From IMG/VR virus record IMGVR_UViG_3300030103_004875: a DNA stretch of 64,000 nt; one strand, 5' to 3'. Position 1 is the stretch's first letter. Each line of letters starts with the position of its first letter. This document shows positions 19,381 through 29,902 of the stretch, piece after piece. This DNA comes from a virus. A model generated the notes under the pieces. That model was not told where the DNA came from. It saw only the letters and a program-made list of their open reading frames with translations, and did no database searches. Both the position numbers and the translations under genes were made by a program.

Positions 19381-20229
19381 TTGATACTTCTTGATAATAA
19401 TCAAATACTTCTTGCCAATATTTTTCAGACTATGAAACAGGTGGATACTATTGATGAAAATATGCTAAGGCATATGGTTCTCAACACATACAGAATGTAT
19501 AGATCCATGTTCAAAGACGAGTATGGAGAACTTGTAATCTGCCATGACTCCAGCAATTGTTGGAGAAAAGACCTATTTTCTTACTATAAGCAAAATAGGA
19601 AGACGAAGCAAGATGAATCTGATGTTGATTGGAAGAGTATATATGATGCTCTCCATGAAATTCGTACAGAAATACAACACAATTTCCCGTACAAGAATAT
19701 TAAAGTTGACAGAGCAGAGGCTGACGACATCATCGCGGTTATTTGTAAAGAGTATCATTCAAAAGAGAAAATTATAATTCTTTCTAATGATAAAGACTTC
19801 AAACAACTACAAAAATTTGAAAATGTTAGGCAATATTCCTGTATCAAGAAAGATTATCTCATATGTGATGATCCTGATTTTTTTCTAGTTGATCATATTA
19901 TTAGGGGGGATACCTCTGATGGTATCCCAAATATCATGTCAGATGATGATACATTTGTAGTAAAAACTAAAAGACAAAAAAGATTAACTAAAGCCGTTAT
20001 TTCTGATATTTTAGAAACGTATAACACAACTGGATCACCTCCAGAATATTGCTCGGCGGGCTGGGATAGGAATGAAAAATTAATTGACTTGGATTCTGTA
20101 CCTGATACAATACAGAAAGAAATTATTAACCAATACGAAAATAATTCTCACGGAGACAGATCCAAAATTCTTAACTATATGATAGACAATAGACTTAAAA
20201 ATCTTATAGAGAATCTTGGAGATTTCTGA
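19381..20229 (+). CDS. rnh: T4-type RNase H / 5'-3' flap exonuclease
   Basis: ILLDNNQI, NCWRKDLFSYYK.NR, EADDIIA, SNDKDFKQL, GDTSDGIPN; TTG start. Confidence 0.95.
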   Translation: MILLDNNQILLANIFQTMKQVDTIDENMLRHMVLNTYRMYRSMFKDEYGELVICHDSSNCWRKDLFSYYKQNRKTKQDESDVDWKSIYDALHEIRTEIQHNFPYKNIKVDRAEADDIIAVICKEYHSKEKIIILSNDKDFKQLQKFENVRQYSCIKKDYLICDDPDFFLVDHIIRGDTSDGIPNIMSDDDTFVVKTKRQKRLTKAVISDILETYNTTGSPPEYCSAGWDRNEKLIDLDSVPDTIQKEIINQYENNSHGDRSKILNYMIDNRLKNLIENLGDF

Positions 20230-20232
20230 AAA

Positions 20233-20400
20233 ATGAAAAGAAGTAATAATAAAACAGATGAGTCGGAGGCTTACCGTAAAAGAAAAGAACGATCATATAA
20301 AAAAGCCTCTCGAAAAAAAGATAAGAGTTACCTAAAAAATATTAAAAAGGGTAATATGGATTATGATGATTATATGGAAAAAATGGAGGATCAATTTTGA
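20233..20400 (+). CDS. Small basic hypothetical protein (55 aa, not in the ORF track)
   Basis: MKRSNNKTDESEAYRKRKERSYKK...MEDQF*; fills the rnh-gp45 gap and its TGA overlaps the gp45 ATG. Confidence 0.65.
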   Translation: MKRSNNKTDESEAYRKRKERSYKKASRKKDKSYLKNIKKGNMDYDDYMEKMEDQF

Positions 20401-21092
20401 TGGTAAGTGAAGCAACAAAACTCAGCAAGGAAACACTTGCGGTACTTAAGAATTTTTCTAGTTTAAATTCTAACATTTTAGTACAGGAGGGCAATGTTAT
20501 TGAAACTATTACCCCCACTAAAAATGTTATGGCTAGAGCAGTAGTTGATGAAGAGTTTTCTACTAAGTTTGGTATTTGGGATCTTAGTAAGTTTTTATCT
20601 GTGGTTTCGATGTTTGATTCTCCAGAATTTACTTTCGATGATAAGTATGTGCTGATTGGTGACGGGAAGAAGAGTTCGGTAAAGTATCATTATTGTGAAC
20701 CATCTTTACTTACGGTTCCGACTAAACAGGTAAATATGCCAGATACTGCGTTGACAATTGACATGACAAATTTTATGTTTAACGAACTAACAAAGGCTTC
20801 TTCTGTTCTACAGGTTCAGGACCTAAGAATTTGTCCGAGTGATGACGGTTCGGAGATACTTGGTATTGTTCATGATGTGAATGATCCTACTAGTAATCAT
20901 TATTCGATCTCTCTGGGAGAAAACACAGTTGATGCCTCATATCAGTTTGATTTTAAGATCAATCTTTTGCGTCTGTTTCCCGGAAATTATACGGTAGATT
21001 TTACTGAAACTGTTATCAGTAAGTTTACTCATAGTGATTTTGATCTTACTTACTGGATTGCACTAGAAACCTCTAGCAAATTTGATGGGTGA
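20400..21092 (+). CDS. gp45: Sliding clamp gp45
   Basis: KLSKETLAVLKNFSSLNSNI, FGIWDLSKFL, YWIALE. Confidence 0.96.
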   Translation: MVSEATKLSKETLAVLKNFSSLNSNILVQEGNVIETITPTKNVMARAVVDEEFSTKFGIWDLSKFLSVVSMFDSPEFTFDDKYVLIGDGKKSSVKYHYCEPSLLTVPTKQVNMPDTALTIDMTNFMFNELTKASSVLQVQDLRICPSDDGSEILGIVHDVNDPTSNHYSISLGENTVDASYQFDFKINLLRLFPGNYTVDFTETVISKFTHSDFDLTYWIALETSSKFDG

Positions 21093-21101
21093 TTATATTA
21101 A

Positions 21102-22040
21102 ATGATTGATCATGGATTGTTTGTCGAAAAATATCGACCAAAGACAATTGAAGATTGTATACTTCCGCAAAGTTTGAAGGATACTTTGTCTGGGATTATT
21201 AAGTCTGGCCAGTCTCAAAATTTACTACTTTACGGTGGAGCAGGAGTTGGCAAGACTACAGTTGCTCGTGCAGTTTGTAATGAGTTAAATGCAGATTATA
21301 TACTCATAAACTGTTCAGAGGAGGGTAACATTGACACTCTTCGAACAAAGATTCGTCAGTTTGCAAGCACTGTCTCGCTGAATGGTGGAAGTAAAATTGT
21401 TATTCTAGACGAATTTGATTATAGTAATGCACAAAGTATTCAACCAGCACTTCGTGGTGCAATTGAAGAGTTCTCTAAGAACTGTAGATTTATAATTACA
21501 TGTAACTATAAGAATAGGATTATATCTCCTATTCATTCCAGATGTACTAATATTGAGTTTAAAATTCCAGCAAAAGAGAAGCCTGGAATTGCAATTCAAA
21601 TCCTTTCGAGACTAGAAGAGATTTTAAGCACGGAGAAAATACCGTATGAGAAGTCTGTTCTTGTTAGTCTAATTACGAAATACTTCCCAGATATTCGAAG
21701 GATTCTTAATGAACTCCAGAGATATTCTGTATCTGGTCTTATTGATGTTGGTATTCTTTCTTCCATAGGGGAGTTGCAAGTAAAGGATCTTGTATCTGCC
21801 ATGAAGAATCGAGACTTTGCTTCCTGTAGAAAATGGGTTGCAGAAAACATAGATAATTCGCAGACGGAACTTTTTCGTAAGATTTATGATGGATTGAATG
21901 AACATATGAAGCCGTCTTCAATTCCTCAAGCAATTCTTATTATTGCCGAGTATCAATACAAGTCTGCATTCGTTGCAGATCAAGAAATTAACCTTACCGC
22001 GTGTATCGTGGAACTTATGATGGAGTGTGAATTTAAATGA
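21102..22040 (+). CDS. gp44: Clamp loader large subunit gp44
   Basis: VEKYRPKTIEDCILP, GGAGVGKTT, LDEFD, SRC. Confidence 0.97.
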   Translation: MIDHGLFVEKYRPKTIEDCILPQSLKDTLSGIIKSGQSQNLLLYGGAGVGKTTVARAVCNELNADYILINCSEEGNIDTLRTKIRQFASTVSLNGGSKIVILDEFDYSNAQSIQPALRGAIEEFSKNCRFIITCNYKNRIISPIHSRCTNIEFKIPAKEKPGIAIQILSRLEEILSTEKIPYEKSVLVSLITKYFPDIRRILNELQRYSVSGLIDVGILSSIGELQVKDLVSAMKNRDFASCRKWVAENIDNSQTELFRKIYDGLNEHMKPSSIPQAILIIAEYQYKSAFVADQEINLTACIVELMMECEFK

Positions 22041-22351
22041 AAAATTTTATGGCGCAGGGAGACTTCCTGTTGGTAGAAAAAATTGATTATGAAGAAGAGA
22101 GAACTACGGATTCTGGTATTATTTTTAAAACCAGCCAAGTTCTAGATACCACCTTTGCAGAGGCAAAGATTATTAGTATGGGCCCCGGAGTTCCCGGAGT
22201 GGATGGAAAAATATCCAATCATATTGATTATTCTGTTGGTGATATTATTCTTTATAATGCAGCCGATCGTATTGGAGTGCATAGCGATTTCGATGTTATT
22301 AGACGATCTAATATTATAGCAGTGGTTGGAAAATCTGATGAAACTGACTGA
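22037..22351 (+). CDS. groES: GroES/Cpn10 co-chaperonin
   Basis: GDFLLVEK..EERTTDSGII mobile loop, AKIISMGPG, VGDIILY, RRSNIIAVV. Confidence 0.85.
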   Translation: MKNFMAQGDFLLVEKIDYEEERTTDSGIIFKTSQVLDTTFAEAKIISMGPGVPGVDGKISNHIDYSVGDIILYNAADRIGVHSDFDVIRRSNIIAVVGKSDETD

Positions 22352-22715
22352 GTATCTAAACTCAATCAATTATGAGAAGAATAATATATTTCTCAATGAT
22401 CCAGAATTAGCAGAAAAAAACTATCTTCCTTATGTCATAAACAGGTGTTTGTCCTATTTTACGGACACAATTTTACATGCAAATCAGATGAATATGCATT
22501 CTGATCTTAGTGGTAAAATGCAATATGATTACTACATGGAAACCATCAGAAAGAGAAAGAGATTCAGTAAATGGATTAAAAATGAGATAACTGATGACCT
22601 TCAGTTGGTAATGGATGAATTTAAATGTTCTGCTCCAAAAGCAAAAAACATACTACCTCTACTGTCCGATGAGTATATCAGCCATCTAAAGGACCTAAAT
22701 GTACAGAAAACATAA
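22338..22715 (+). CDS. gp62: Clamp loader small subunit gp62
   Basis: YLNSIN..K, YLPYVINRCLSY, ANQMN, RKRKRFSKW. Confidence 0.95.
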   Translation: MKLTEYLNSINYEKNNIFLNDPELAEKNYLPYVINRCLSYFTDTILHANQMNMHSDLSGKMQYDYYMETIRKRKRFSKWIKNEITDDLQLVMDEFKCSAPKAKNILPLLSDEYISHLKDLNVQKT

Positions 22716-22718
22716 ATA
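22711..22718 (+). promoter_or_regulatory. Putative late promoter (CATAAATA) upstream of regA and the glycan island
   Basis: Near match to T4 TATAAATA, overlapping the gp62 stop. Confidence 0.5.
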
Positions 22719-22749
22719 TTTGTAAAATGTACTCTTAGTGAGGTGATTT

Positions 22750-23151
22750 ATGGAAACTGAGGATGTCTTTAACGGACTGGGTATTGAAGTTCGACTGGAA
22801 GAAGAAGATGATTTTTTAATGGTTAAGGAGACATTAACTCGAATGGGTGTCTCCTCCAGAAAAGAAAATAAATTATTCCAATCATGTCATATTCTTCATA
22901 AACGTGGAAGATATGCCATTATGCATTTCAAGGAACTATTCATTCTGGATGGATTGGAAAGTGATATATCGGAATCGGATGTTGGACGTAGGAATTTAAT
23001 AGCCAAACTGGTAGATGAATGGGAACTCTGTGAAATCTTAAATCCCGAAAAAATCAAAGATCCAATTGCTAGTATGGGACAGATTAAAATAATCCCCCAT
23101 AAAGATAAAAAGGATTGGGAACTGATACCTAAATACCATATTGGAAAGTAA
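22750..23151 (+). CDS. regA: Translational repressor RegA
   Basis: DDFLMVKETLTRMGV, LFQSCHILHKRGRYAIMHFKELF.LDG, WELIPKYHIG. Confidence 0.97.
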   Translation: METEDVFNGLGIEVRLEEEDDFLMVKETLTRMGVSSRKENKLFQSCHILHKRGRYAIMHFKELFILDGLESDISESDVGRRNLIAKLVDEWELCEILNPEKIKDPIASMGQIKIIPHKDKKDWELIPKYHIGK

Positions 23152-23157
23152 TTTATA

Positions 23158-23790
23158 ATGACAAAAGTGATTTCTTTTTATTCTGATGTAAATGAGGATA
23201 AATACTACACAAAGTGTGCGGATAGACTTCGGGAAATGTCTTCCCGTTTTTCTCTAGACTTACACCTAGAGGAAAAGGAATCTCTGGGTTCCTATAGAAA
23301 TAATTGTTTATCGAAACCAAAGTTTATTAAAGATAAACTGGAAGAACTCAAACAACCACTGGTGTGGACTGATGTTGATACAGTTTTTAGGCAATATCCA
23401 CAGGCATTTGATATGGTTCCGGAACATGTTGATGTTGCTTTTTCATCCTCATCTCCTGATCTCAGAGGAATGAAGGCCTCTCCTTTGTATTTTAATTATA
23501 CGGATGGGGCTTTATTTTTCTTGGACGAATGGATAAATCGATCGGAACAGGTTTTATTGGATATGGATGTAAACTTTGATCACGAAGTTTTATTTGGAAT
23601 ATTTGGTTCTTGCCAGGAAATGGTGAAGTATGGCGTATTCCCACCAACATACTGTGTATGGCCGCAGGATGTGAATGAATATACAGTAATTGAGATGGGA
23701 ATGTCGGACGTTCCTGATAAGATAGAAGTTTTAAAGAAAATGGGTATAGATGGTAACCTTTTAGCAATACAAACAGTGGGAATACTATGA
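23158..23790 (+). CDS. Nucleotide-diphospho-sugar transferase (GT-A fold)
   Basis: KPKFI..L, LVWTDVD (DxD motif), DHEVL. Confidence 0.7.
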   Translation: MTKVISFYSDVNEDKYYTKCADRLREMSSRFSLDLHLEEKESLGSYRNNCLSKPKFIKDKLEELKQPLVWTDVDTVFRQYPQAFDMVPEHVDVAFSSSSPDLRGMKASPLYFNYTDGALFFLDEWINRSEQVLLDMDVNFDHEVLFGIFGSCQEMVKYGVFPPTYCVWPQDVNEYTVIEMGMSDVPDKIEVLKKMGIDGNLLAIQTVGIL

Positions 23791-24635
23791 AAAAACTACA
23801 GTGTGTGGGTGCTGGATTCAATCCAGATCAATCTTCTAATTCAAATTTAAAACCAAAAACATTTGAATGGTCAAATGAACATCAAGATATTCAAATCTTG
23901 ATCGATAACTCTATTCTATATGCAAACAAAATAGATAAGAGATTTGATCAGAAGAGATATGGATGGGTGTGTGAGTCATCAGCAATAGTTCCTCAACTTG
24001 CACAATCACTGGAGGACTTCTATGAAGTTATTATAGAAGAAGGTGAGTTCGAGGCTATATTTACTAATAATCAAAAATTGTTAGGTCTTGATGATCGTTT
24101 CATTTATAATTCAACTGGTAGTAATTTTCCGTGGATTCCTGTAGAGTCATGGGGAATGCACGACAAAATAAAATTATGTTCTATGGTTGCTTCTCCTAAA
24201 TTGGCATGTCCCGGACATCAATATAGGCATGAAATTGCTTCTAAGTTTAAAAATAAATTAGATTTATTTGGGGGTGCATGTGACTCTCCCCGAATAGGTA
24301 TTTCTGATGATTTAAATTTGAAATGGAATGATAAACGATCTGCTATATGTCCATATATGTTCTCGGTAGTAATGGAGAACGAATCTGTTCCAAATTATTA
24401 TACAGAAAAGGTGACAGATTGTTTTGCGGTAGGAACGGTTCCCATTTACTGGGGTGCAACGAACATTGGACATCGATTTGATGATCGTGGAATTATATCA
24501 TTAGATGATAATTTTGATATAGACTCTTTGAGTGCGGACTTATATGAATCTATGAAACCTTATATTCAAAATAATTTAGAGACAGTACGATCTTTAGAAA
24601 TGGCTGATGATGAACTTGCAAACAAAATCCTATAA
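23787..24635 (+). CDS. GT10 (alpha-1,3-fucosyltransferase-like) glycosyltransferase
   Basis: YMFSVVMENESVPNYYTEKVTDCFAVGTVPIYWG. Confidence 0.85.
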   Translation: MKKLQCVGAGFNPDQSSNSNLKPKTFEWSNEHQDIQILIDNSILYANKIDKRFDQKRYGWVCESSAIVPQLAQSLEDFYEVIIEEGEFEAIFTNNQKLLGLDDRFIYNSTGSNFPWIPVESWGMHDKIKLCSMVASPKLACPGHQYRHEIASKFKNKLDLFGGACDSPRIGISDDLNLKWNDKRSAICPYMFSVVMENESVPNYYTEKVTDCFAVGTVPIYWGATNIGHRFDDRGIISLDDNFDIDSLSADLYESMKPYIQNNLETVRSLEMADDELANKIL

Positions 24636-25497
24636 ACCTACAATAAAGAACGGTGATTATCTTTTTTCTGATGAATTAACATTTCCATTTCCGGTGGAAA
24701 TACATTTTACTCGTATGGAGTCATTCGATAATCCGAATGCTGTCAAAGTTCTTGTGTTGTCAAATGAATCTATGATGTCACCCAATCGATCTACCATAAG
24801 TGAGGTCATTGATAATCATAAAAAGTATGATCTTATTTTAGGAACCGATGATGAAATTATTGTTTTCTGTGAGAATGCCAAAAAGTTTCCGTATGGTAGC
24901 ACTTGGTTAAATAGAGGAAACATAAAACACCCTGATGGATTAGGTAGATATGAAGATAATAGTCCATCTTTTGATGGTATTACTAAAGATTTTAGTGTAA
25001 GTTTTCTTGCTTCTTGGTACAATCTAAATCGACCTGGTTACGCATTAAGGCAACAAGTTTGGAATAGAAAAGAAGAGATACCTATAGCAAGAAATTTTTA
25101 TACCAGTGTAAAGTGTTTTTCAAATGCACCCACTCCTCTACCCGGAGGGGAGAAAGAGGTACTATTCGATTCTCAATATCACATTTGTATAGAAAATCAT
25201 GCAATAGGAAACTACTTCACAGAAAAACTGATTGATTCTTTTCTTACATTGAGCATTCCAATTTATTGGGGATGTACCAATATAGAGGATTATTTTGATG
25301 TTGACGGAATGATTTTATTTGATACAATAGATGATCTATTAGAGAAACTTAACGATATAACTCCAGAACATTATTTCAATAAACTTGATGTCATGAAAGA
25401 AAACAAAAAACGAGCGATAGAGTATGCCAACTTTGATGAAAGAATTTTTAAGGAAATAATAAAGCATGATCGTACAAATAACAATGACCCGAAATGA
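24607..25497 (+). CDS. Second GT10-like glycosyltransferase
   Basis: YHICIENHAIGNYFTEKLIDSFLTLSIPIYWG. Confidence 0.85.
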   Translation: MMNLQTKSYKPTIKNGDYLFSDELTFPFPVEIHFTRMESFDNPNAVKVLVLSNESMMSPNRSTISEVIDNHKKYDLILGTDDEIIVFCENAKKFPYGSTWLNRGNIKHPDGLGRYEDNSPSFDGITKDFSVSFLASWYNLNRPGYALRQQVWNRKEEIPIARNFYTSVKCFSNAPTPLPGGEKEVLFDSQYHICIENHAIGNYFTEKLIDSFLTLSIPIYWGCTNIEDYFDVDGMILFDTIDDLLEKLNDITPEHYFNKLDVMKENKKRAIEYANFDERIFKEIIKHDRTNNNDPK

Positions 25498-26308
25498 ATT
25501 GTTTCTTATCAAAGAAATGATGCCTATTTGGCGGAAGTATGCAGATGCTTTTGTTTTTATGGATGATTGTTCCACTGACGGAACTAGTGAGTGGTTAGAA
25601 GAACATAAAGATGAGTTTAATATTGTGTCTGTTCTTAAAACCGAGGCTGCTGGAGATGCCACACATAAAGAATCAAATGTGAGACAGGCTTTGTTTGATG
25701 AGGCATTTAAGCATTCTGGTAATATTATTTGTTTGGACAGTGACGAGTATCTAGATGGTCACATAAGCAAGGAACAATTAGAGGAAGCACTTGAAAATAA
25801 TAAAGATACTCTACTGTATTGTCCGTGGATTCAGTATACCGGAAAGAATAGAGTAAGAGTTGATGGACCTTGGAAAAATAACTTCAAAGACAGAATATCA
25901 AGTTACTCCACTAGACCTGAGTTTAAAAAAGCGGAGATGCACTCCGAACATCTTCCCCATCCGGGTAGACATGGTGTTGTCAATTCTCCCGGTTTATTTA
26001 TAGCACATTTACAATGGTTAGACAAACCAACTGTGGCTGTTAAACAATATTTCTGGAAAGTAACTGATTATGTTAATCATGCTACCTATGGTCATGATGT
26101 TACTCCTCCCTCTGCGTATGACGAATCTGTTGCAAATTTTGATTGGGAATATGTTGACTTCGATTTTGATCTGAAGGTGGATCCTGAGATATATTCTAAA
26201 CAGGATTTGAAAGAAAGTTACAAATATAAGTTCATTAAAGAAAATGTAAAAAAATATAATATTCCAAACCTCAATGATTGGGGAATGAATATTCATGGAG
26301 ATGTATGA
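25466..26308 (+). CDS. GT2-family glycosyltransferase
   Basis: MTRNE, VFMDDCSTDGT, ICLDSDE. Confidence 0.8.
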   Translation: MIVQITMTRNELFLIKEMMPIWRKYADAFVFMDDCSTDGTSEWLEEHKDEFNIVSVLKTEAAGDATHKESNVRQALFDEAFKHSGNIICLDSDEYLDGHISKEQLEEALENNKDTLLYCPWIQYTGKNRVRVDGPWKNNFKDRISSYSTRPEFKKAEMHSEHLPHPGRHGVVNSPGLFIAHLQWLDKPTVAVKQYFWKVTDYVNHATYGHDVTPPSAYDESVANFDWEYVDFDFDLKVDPEIYSKQDLKESYKYKFIKENVKKYNIPNLNDWGMNIHGDV

Positions 26309-27017
26309 TATGGTAACCGAAACGTGTAAAATTAATAATTTTAATAAGGACTATTTAAAGTATCTGTTTCCCCAGAGAACCAGACTTACTACAGAATATG
26401 CCCTTACCGAAGATTCTCCCCAAGAGGAAGTTGACGCGGCATTGACAAAGATGAATCAAACAGACTATGATATGATTAAGGATTATCTTCCACAACTCTG
26501 TGAAAATTCTTTGGACATTGGTTGTGGCTTGAGTTTGATTGATGTGGCAATTTACAATCATTATCCTGATAATTATTATCCAAAGAGTAGGGTTCTTGAT
26601 ATTTTTCTTTTGGATAAAACCGAACTCGATACTACAAAGATTTCTGGGTTCAATGAGGAGTATAGAGGATATAACAGCATGAGTGCTGCTCGTGAGATAA
26701 TGACCGAAAACGGAGTTCCTGATGAAAAAATCCACACGTTTGAAGTTGATGAGCATGATGAATTATATGAAAAGAAATTTCATCTCATAACTTCACTCTT
26801 GTCATGTGGTTGGCATTATAATGTTGATACCTATATGGATTTGTTTGAGAAAACTTTACACCCCGAAGGGCGCATCATTATTGATATTAGACATGATACT
26901 GGACAAGTTGAAAAAATGAAGTCTAAATTTAAATTGGTTAAACAAATTTATAATCACGCCGAATCTAAGCATACTGGTGGAAACATCGGAGATCGATACG
27001 TCTTTAAACATAAGTGA
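26295..27017 (+). CDS. Class I SAM-dependent methyltransferase
   Basis: SLDIGCGLS, FHLITSLLSCGWHY, LHPEGRII. Confidence 0.75.
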   Translation: MEMYDMVTETCKINNFNKDYLKYLFPQRTRLTTEYALTEDSPQEEVDAALTKMNQTDYDMIKDYLPQLCENSLDIGCGLSLIDVAIYNHYPDNYYPKSRVLDIFLLDKTELDTTKISGFNEEYRGYNSMSAAREIMTENGVPDEKIHTFEVDEHDELYEKKFHLITSLLSCGWHYNVDTYMDLFEKTLHPEGRIIIDIRHDTGQVEKMKSKFKLVKQIYNHAESKHTGGNIGDRYVFKHK

Positions 27018-27034
27018 AGTGATAATTATACATT

Positions 27035-28348
27035 ATGAAAGAAATTTTAGAACTAGTAGAAAAATTTATCGATGAAAAGAATGAAAAGAAGTCATGGACA
27101 CCGGGAAAGGACTGGGTTCAATATGCAGGACCATATTTTGGTGTAGAGGAATATACTGCTTCTATTAAAACACTACTTGATGGGTGGTTGGTTCTTGGTA
27201 AAAATGGCATTCGATTCGAAAATCAGTTTCCTAAATTGATGCAAAAGGAGTTTGGTGTATTAACTAACAGTGGAAGCAGTTCCAATCTTATAATGATGTC
27301 TGCGTTGACATCAAAAAGATTGACAAATTTTCCTAAAGGCACTAAAGTAATAACTCCTATTGCCGGATTTCCTACTACAATAAATCCTATATTTCAAGTA
27401 GGATTTGAACCTGTATTTGTTGATATTGAATTAGATACTCTAAATTTAAATTTAGATCAGGTTGAGGAACGTGCGAAGGAGGGTTGTAAGATTATAACCT
27501 TTGCACATGTTCTCGGAAACCCCCCTAATATGGATCGACTAATGGAGATAATAGATGAGTATGGACTCATTCTATTAGAGGACTGCTGTGACGCTCTGGG
27601 ATCCACCTACAAGGATAGGGCTTTAGGTAGTTACGGTGACTTCGCGTCTTGTTCTTTCTATCCCGCACATCATATCACTATGGGTGAAGGTGGATTTGTT
27701 GCATGTAATACCAAGATGCAGGAAATTGTTGCTAGGAGTTTTCGTGAGTGGGGAAGAGGATGCTATTGTGTGGGTCAAAAGGCAGGTCTTCTGAAGAATG
27801 GGACATGTAAGAACCGTTTTTCTAATTGGTTACCTGCGTTACCTGATGAAATATTTGATCACAAGTATGTGTACGATGAGATAGGATATAATCTCAAACC
27901 TACAGATTTACAGGCAGCGATGGGTCTAGTACAGTTGGATAGACTCCCGGAGATCATAGAAAAGAGAAAGTATAATCATAAAAGATTATGTGATATATTC
28001 TCTAAGTATGATGATTATTTTGTAATTCCCAAGAAAACAGAGCACTCGGATCCTGCTTGGTTTGCATTTGCTTTGACCATAAAAGATAATGCTCCTTTTG
28101 CAAGGAAAGATATAGTAGATCATTTAGAGAATGCAATGATTCAAACTAGACCGTACTTTGCTGGTAATATTATGTTACAGCCTGCTTACGAAGGCCTCAT
28201 GGATCAGAATCAAATTGTTCGTGATTATCCAAATGCAAGAAAAGTTACCACTGATACATTTTTCTTGGGAACTAGTCCGGTCATTACTCCAGAGCAACTC
28301 GATTATATTGAAAAAATTGTGGATCAGTTTTGCGGGGATTTAAAATGA
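27035..28348 (+). CDS. rfbH: NDP-4-keto-6-deoxyglucose 3-dehydrase (RfbH/E1 type, DegT family)
   Basis: TNSGSSSNL, EDCCDALGS, SFYPAHHITMGEGG (His replaces the aminotransferase Lys), WGRGCYC..GTC Fe-S motif, DHKY. Confidence 0.92.
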   Translation: MKEILELVEKFIDEKNEKKSWTPGKDWVQYAGPYFGVEEYTASIKTLLDGWLVLGKNGIRFENQFPKLMQKEFGVLTNSGSSSNLIMMSALTSKRLTNFPKGTKVITPIAGFPTTINPIFQVGFEPVFVDIELDTLNLNLDQVEERAKEGCKIITFAHVLGNPPNMDRLMEIIDEYGLILLEDCCDALGSTYKDRALGSYGDFASCSFYPAHHITMGEGGFVACNTKMQEIVARSFREWGRGCYCVGQKAGLLKNGTCKNRFSNWLPALPDEIFDHKYVYDEIGYNLKPTDLQAAMGLVQLDRLPEIIEKRKYNHKRLCDIFSKYDDYFVIPKKTEHSDPAWFAFALTIKDNAPFARKDIVDHLENAMIQTRPYFAGNIMLQPAYEGLMDQNQIVRDYPNARKVTTDTFFLGTSPVITPEQLDYIEKIVDQFCGDLK

Positions 28349-29130
28349 AACGAGTGATTAATTGTTATAATCAGTATCATTTGGGTGATTGTATACAGAC
28401 GTTGCATTTTTTAATACATGCAACTAAGTGCAATAATGTAACTTTTAATTTTCTATGCAATCCAGCATATCACTCCCAATTGAAAGAGTTTATAGGAAAT
28501 GATGGGGTTAATTTATATTCGGTAGTTCCTGCTGATACAGATCATGAAAATTTTATTAACACATGGATAGGTGCTCATAATTATTCTCAGATATGTGATG
28601 ATTCTGATGTAATTTTTGGCGATGATTCTGATCAAGGAACATTTTTTCTCATTTTATCTAAGATTTTATCCGACAAAATGGGAATAGAATGTCCGTTTTC
28701 TAAAAAATCAGACATGATCTACAATGAATCCTCTTTGGAGTCTTCTTGCGAGACATCCATCGACTCTTACGATTATTTGTTTATCAATAGTCAAAACATG
28801 AGCATTCCCTTTCCAAATTTTGAAGAAGAGGTATCAAGTTTTATTGAACGGTTGCAGTTTAAGAATAAAAAGGTTATTACAACTACAAAATATCTTGACC
28901 TTCCTTGTACTCTGGATTATAATTTTAGTGTAGTGGACATTGCAAAATTATCTAAAAATGTTAAACATATTGTAGGTGTCAACACGGGTCCACTACACCT
29001 TTGCATGAATAAATGGACAATTGAGAATGTGGAAAGTTTTACAGTATGGTGTCCCGCAGAAACCTTTAATTACGGATCTAAGTTTAGATCCGTAAAATCC
29101 CTTGGAGAGATAGATGAGAGTAATCTTTAG
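28345..29130 (+). CDS. Putative GT-B (GT9-like) glycosyltransferase
   Basis: YHLGD near the N-terminus and IVGVNTGPLH near the C-terminus. Confidence 0.55.
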   Translation: MKRVINCYNQYHLGDCIQTLHFLIHATKCNNVTFNFLCNPAYHSQLKEFIGNDGVNLYSVVPADTDHENFINTWIGAHNYSQICDDSDVIFGDDSDQGTFFLILSKILSDKMGIECPFSKKSDMIYNESSLESSCETSIDSYDYLFINSQNMSIPFPNFEEEVSSFIERLQFKNKKVITTTKYLDLPCTLDYNFSVVDIAKLSKNVKHIVGVNTGPLHLCMNKWTIENVESFTVWCPAETFNYGSKFRSVKSLGEIDESNL

Positions 29131-29902
29131 TATTATTTTAAATGGCAAACATCATTTGTTACACAATGATCAATATAGATTTATATTAGATAATTGTGAT
29201 AAGTGGGTGGTAGTAGAAGGCGCATCCCAATCTAATGGTAGCACTCAGTGGTGTAAAACCATTCCTGATGAATATCACAATAACGGTGCAAGTGTCGATG
29301 GTACTAGAGAGTTTATGGAAGAGTTGGCGAAAACAGAATCCAATTTAGTATACGTTCCCTCTGATGGTTTCTGGAATTCTAAAGACGATCAGGTAAATCG
29401 TGCAATCGAAGAAGTCAAGAAACTCACTGACAAATGTTTTCTTTGGGAATTTGACATCGATGAACAGTGGACAGCAGAGGCACTTGATCAGGGAGAGAAA
29501 GAACTGACGGAAGGTAATCTAAAGTATGCCGGGTTTATGAGTAGATATTATGTTGGTAAGAATTTGCTCGCAAAAGGTCATTGGGGTGAAGGAAGGGATG
29601 GGGGTTACATCAGACTATGGGATTGGGAAGGTGAATCTTTTGTTCGTCATGAACCTCCAACTCTGGAGGGATGTGAGGATAAAGAAGGTAAGATGCTGAG
29701 TCCTATATTTGATCATTACAGTTATTATTTCGACGAGGATGTTAAATTTAAAGATGCTTGGTATAGTGGTCACGAAAACATTTATGAAAGATGGAAGTAC
29801 GTTAACTCTTTACCCAAAGAAGTTTTCCCGATCCACATTTCAGCGTTGATCACTGGGTACTGGGGAACAACTGATACTGGTATATTTTGGGAAGATCTAT
29901 GA
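29114..29902 (+). CDS. Putative GT-A glycosyltransferase
   Basis: VVVEGA, SVDGT, LWEFDIDE. Confidence 0.65.
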   Translation: MRVIFSIILNGKHHLLHNDQYRFILDNCDKWVVVEGASQSNGSTQWCKTIPDEYHNNGASVDGTREFMEELAKTESNLVYVPSDGFWNSKDDQVNRAIEEVKKLTDKCFLWEFDIDEQWTAEALDQGEKELTEGNLKYAGFMSRYYVGKNLLAKGHWGEGRDGGYIRLWDWEGESFVRHEPPTLEGCEDKEGKMLSPIFDHYSYYFDEDVKFKDAWYSGHENIYERWKYVNSLPKEVFPIHISALITGYWGTTDTGIFWEDL

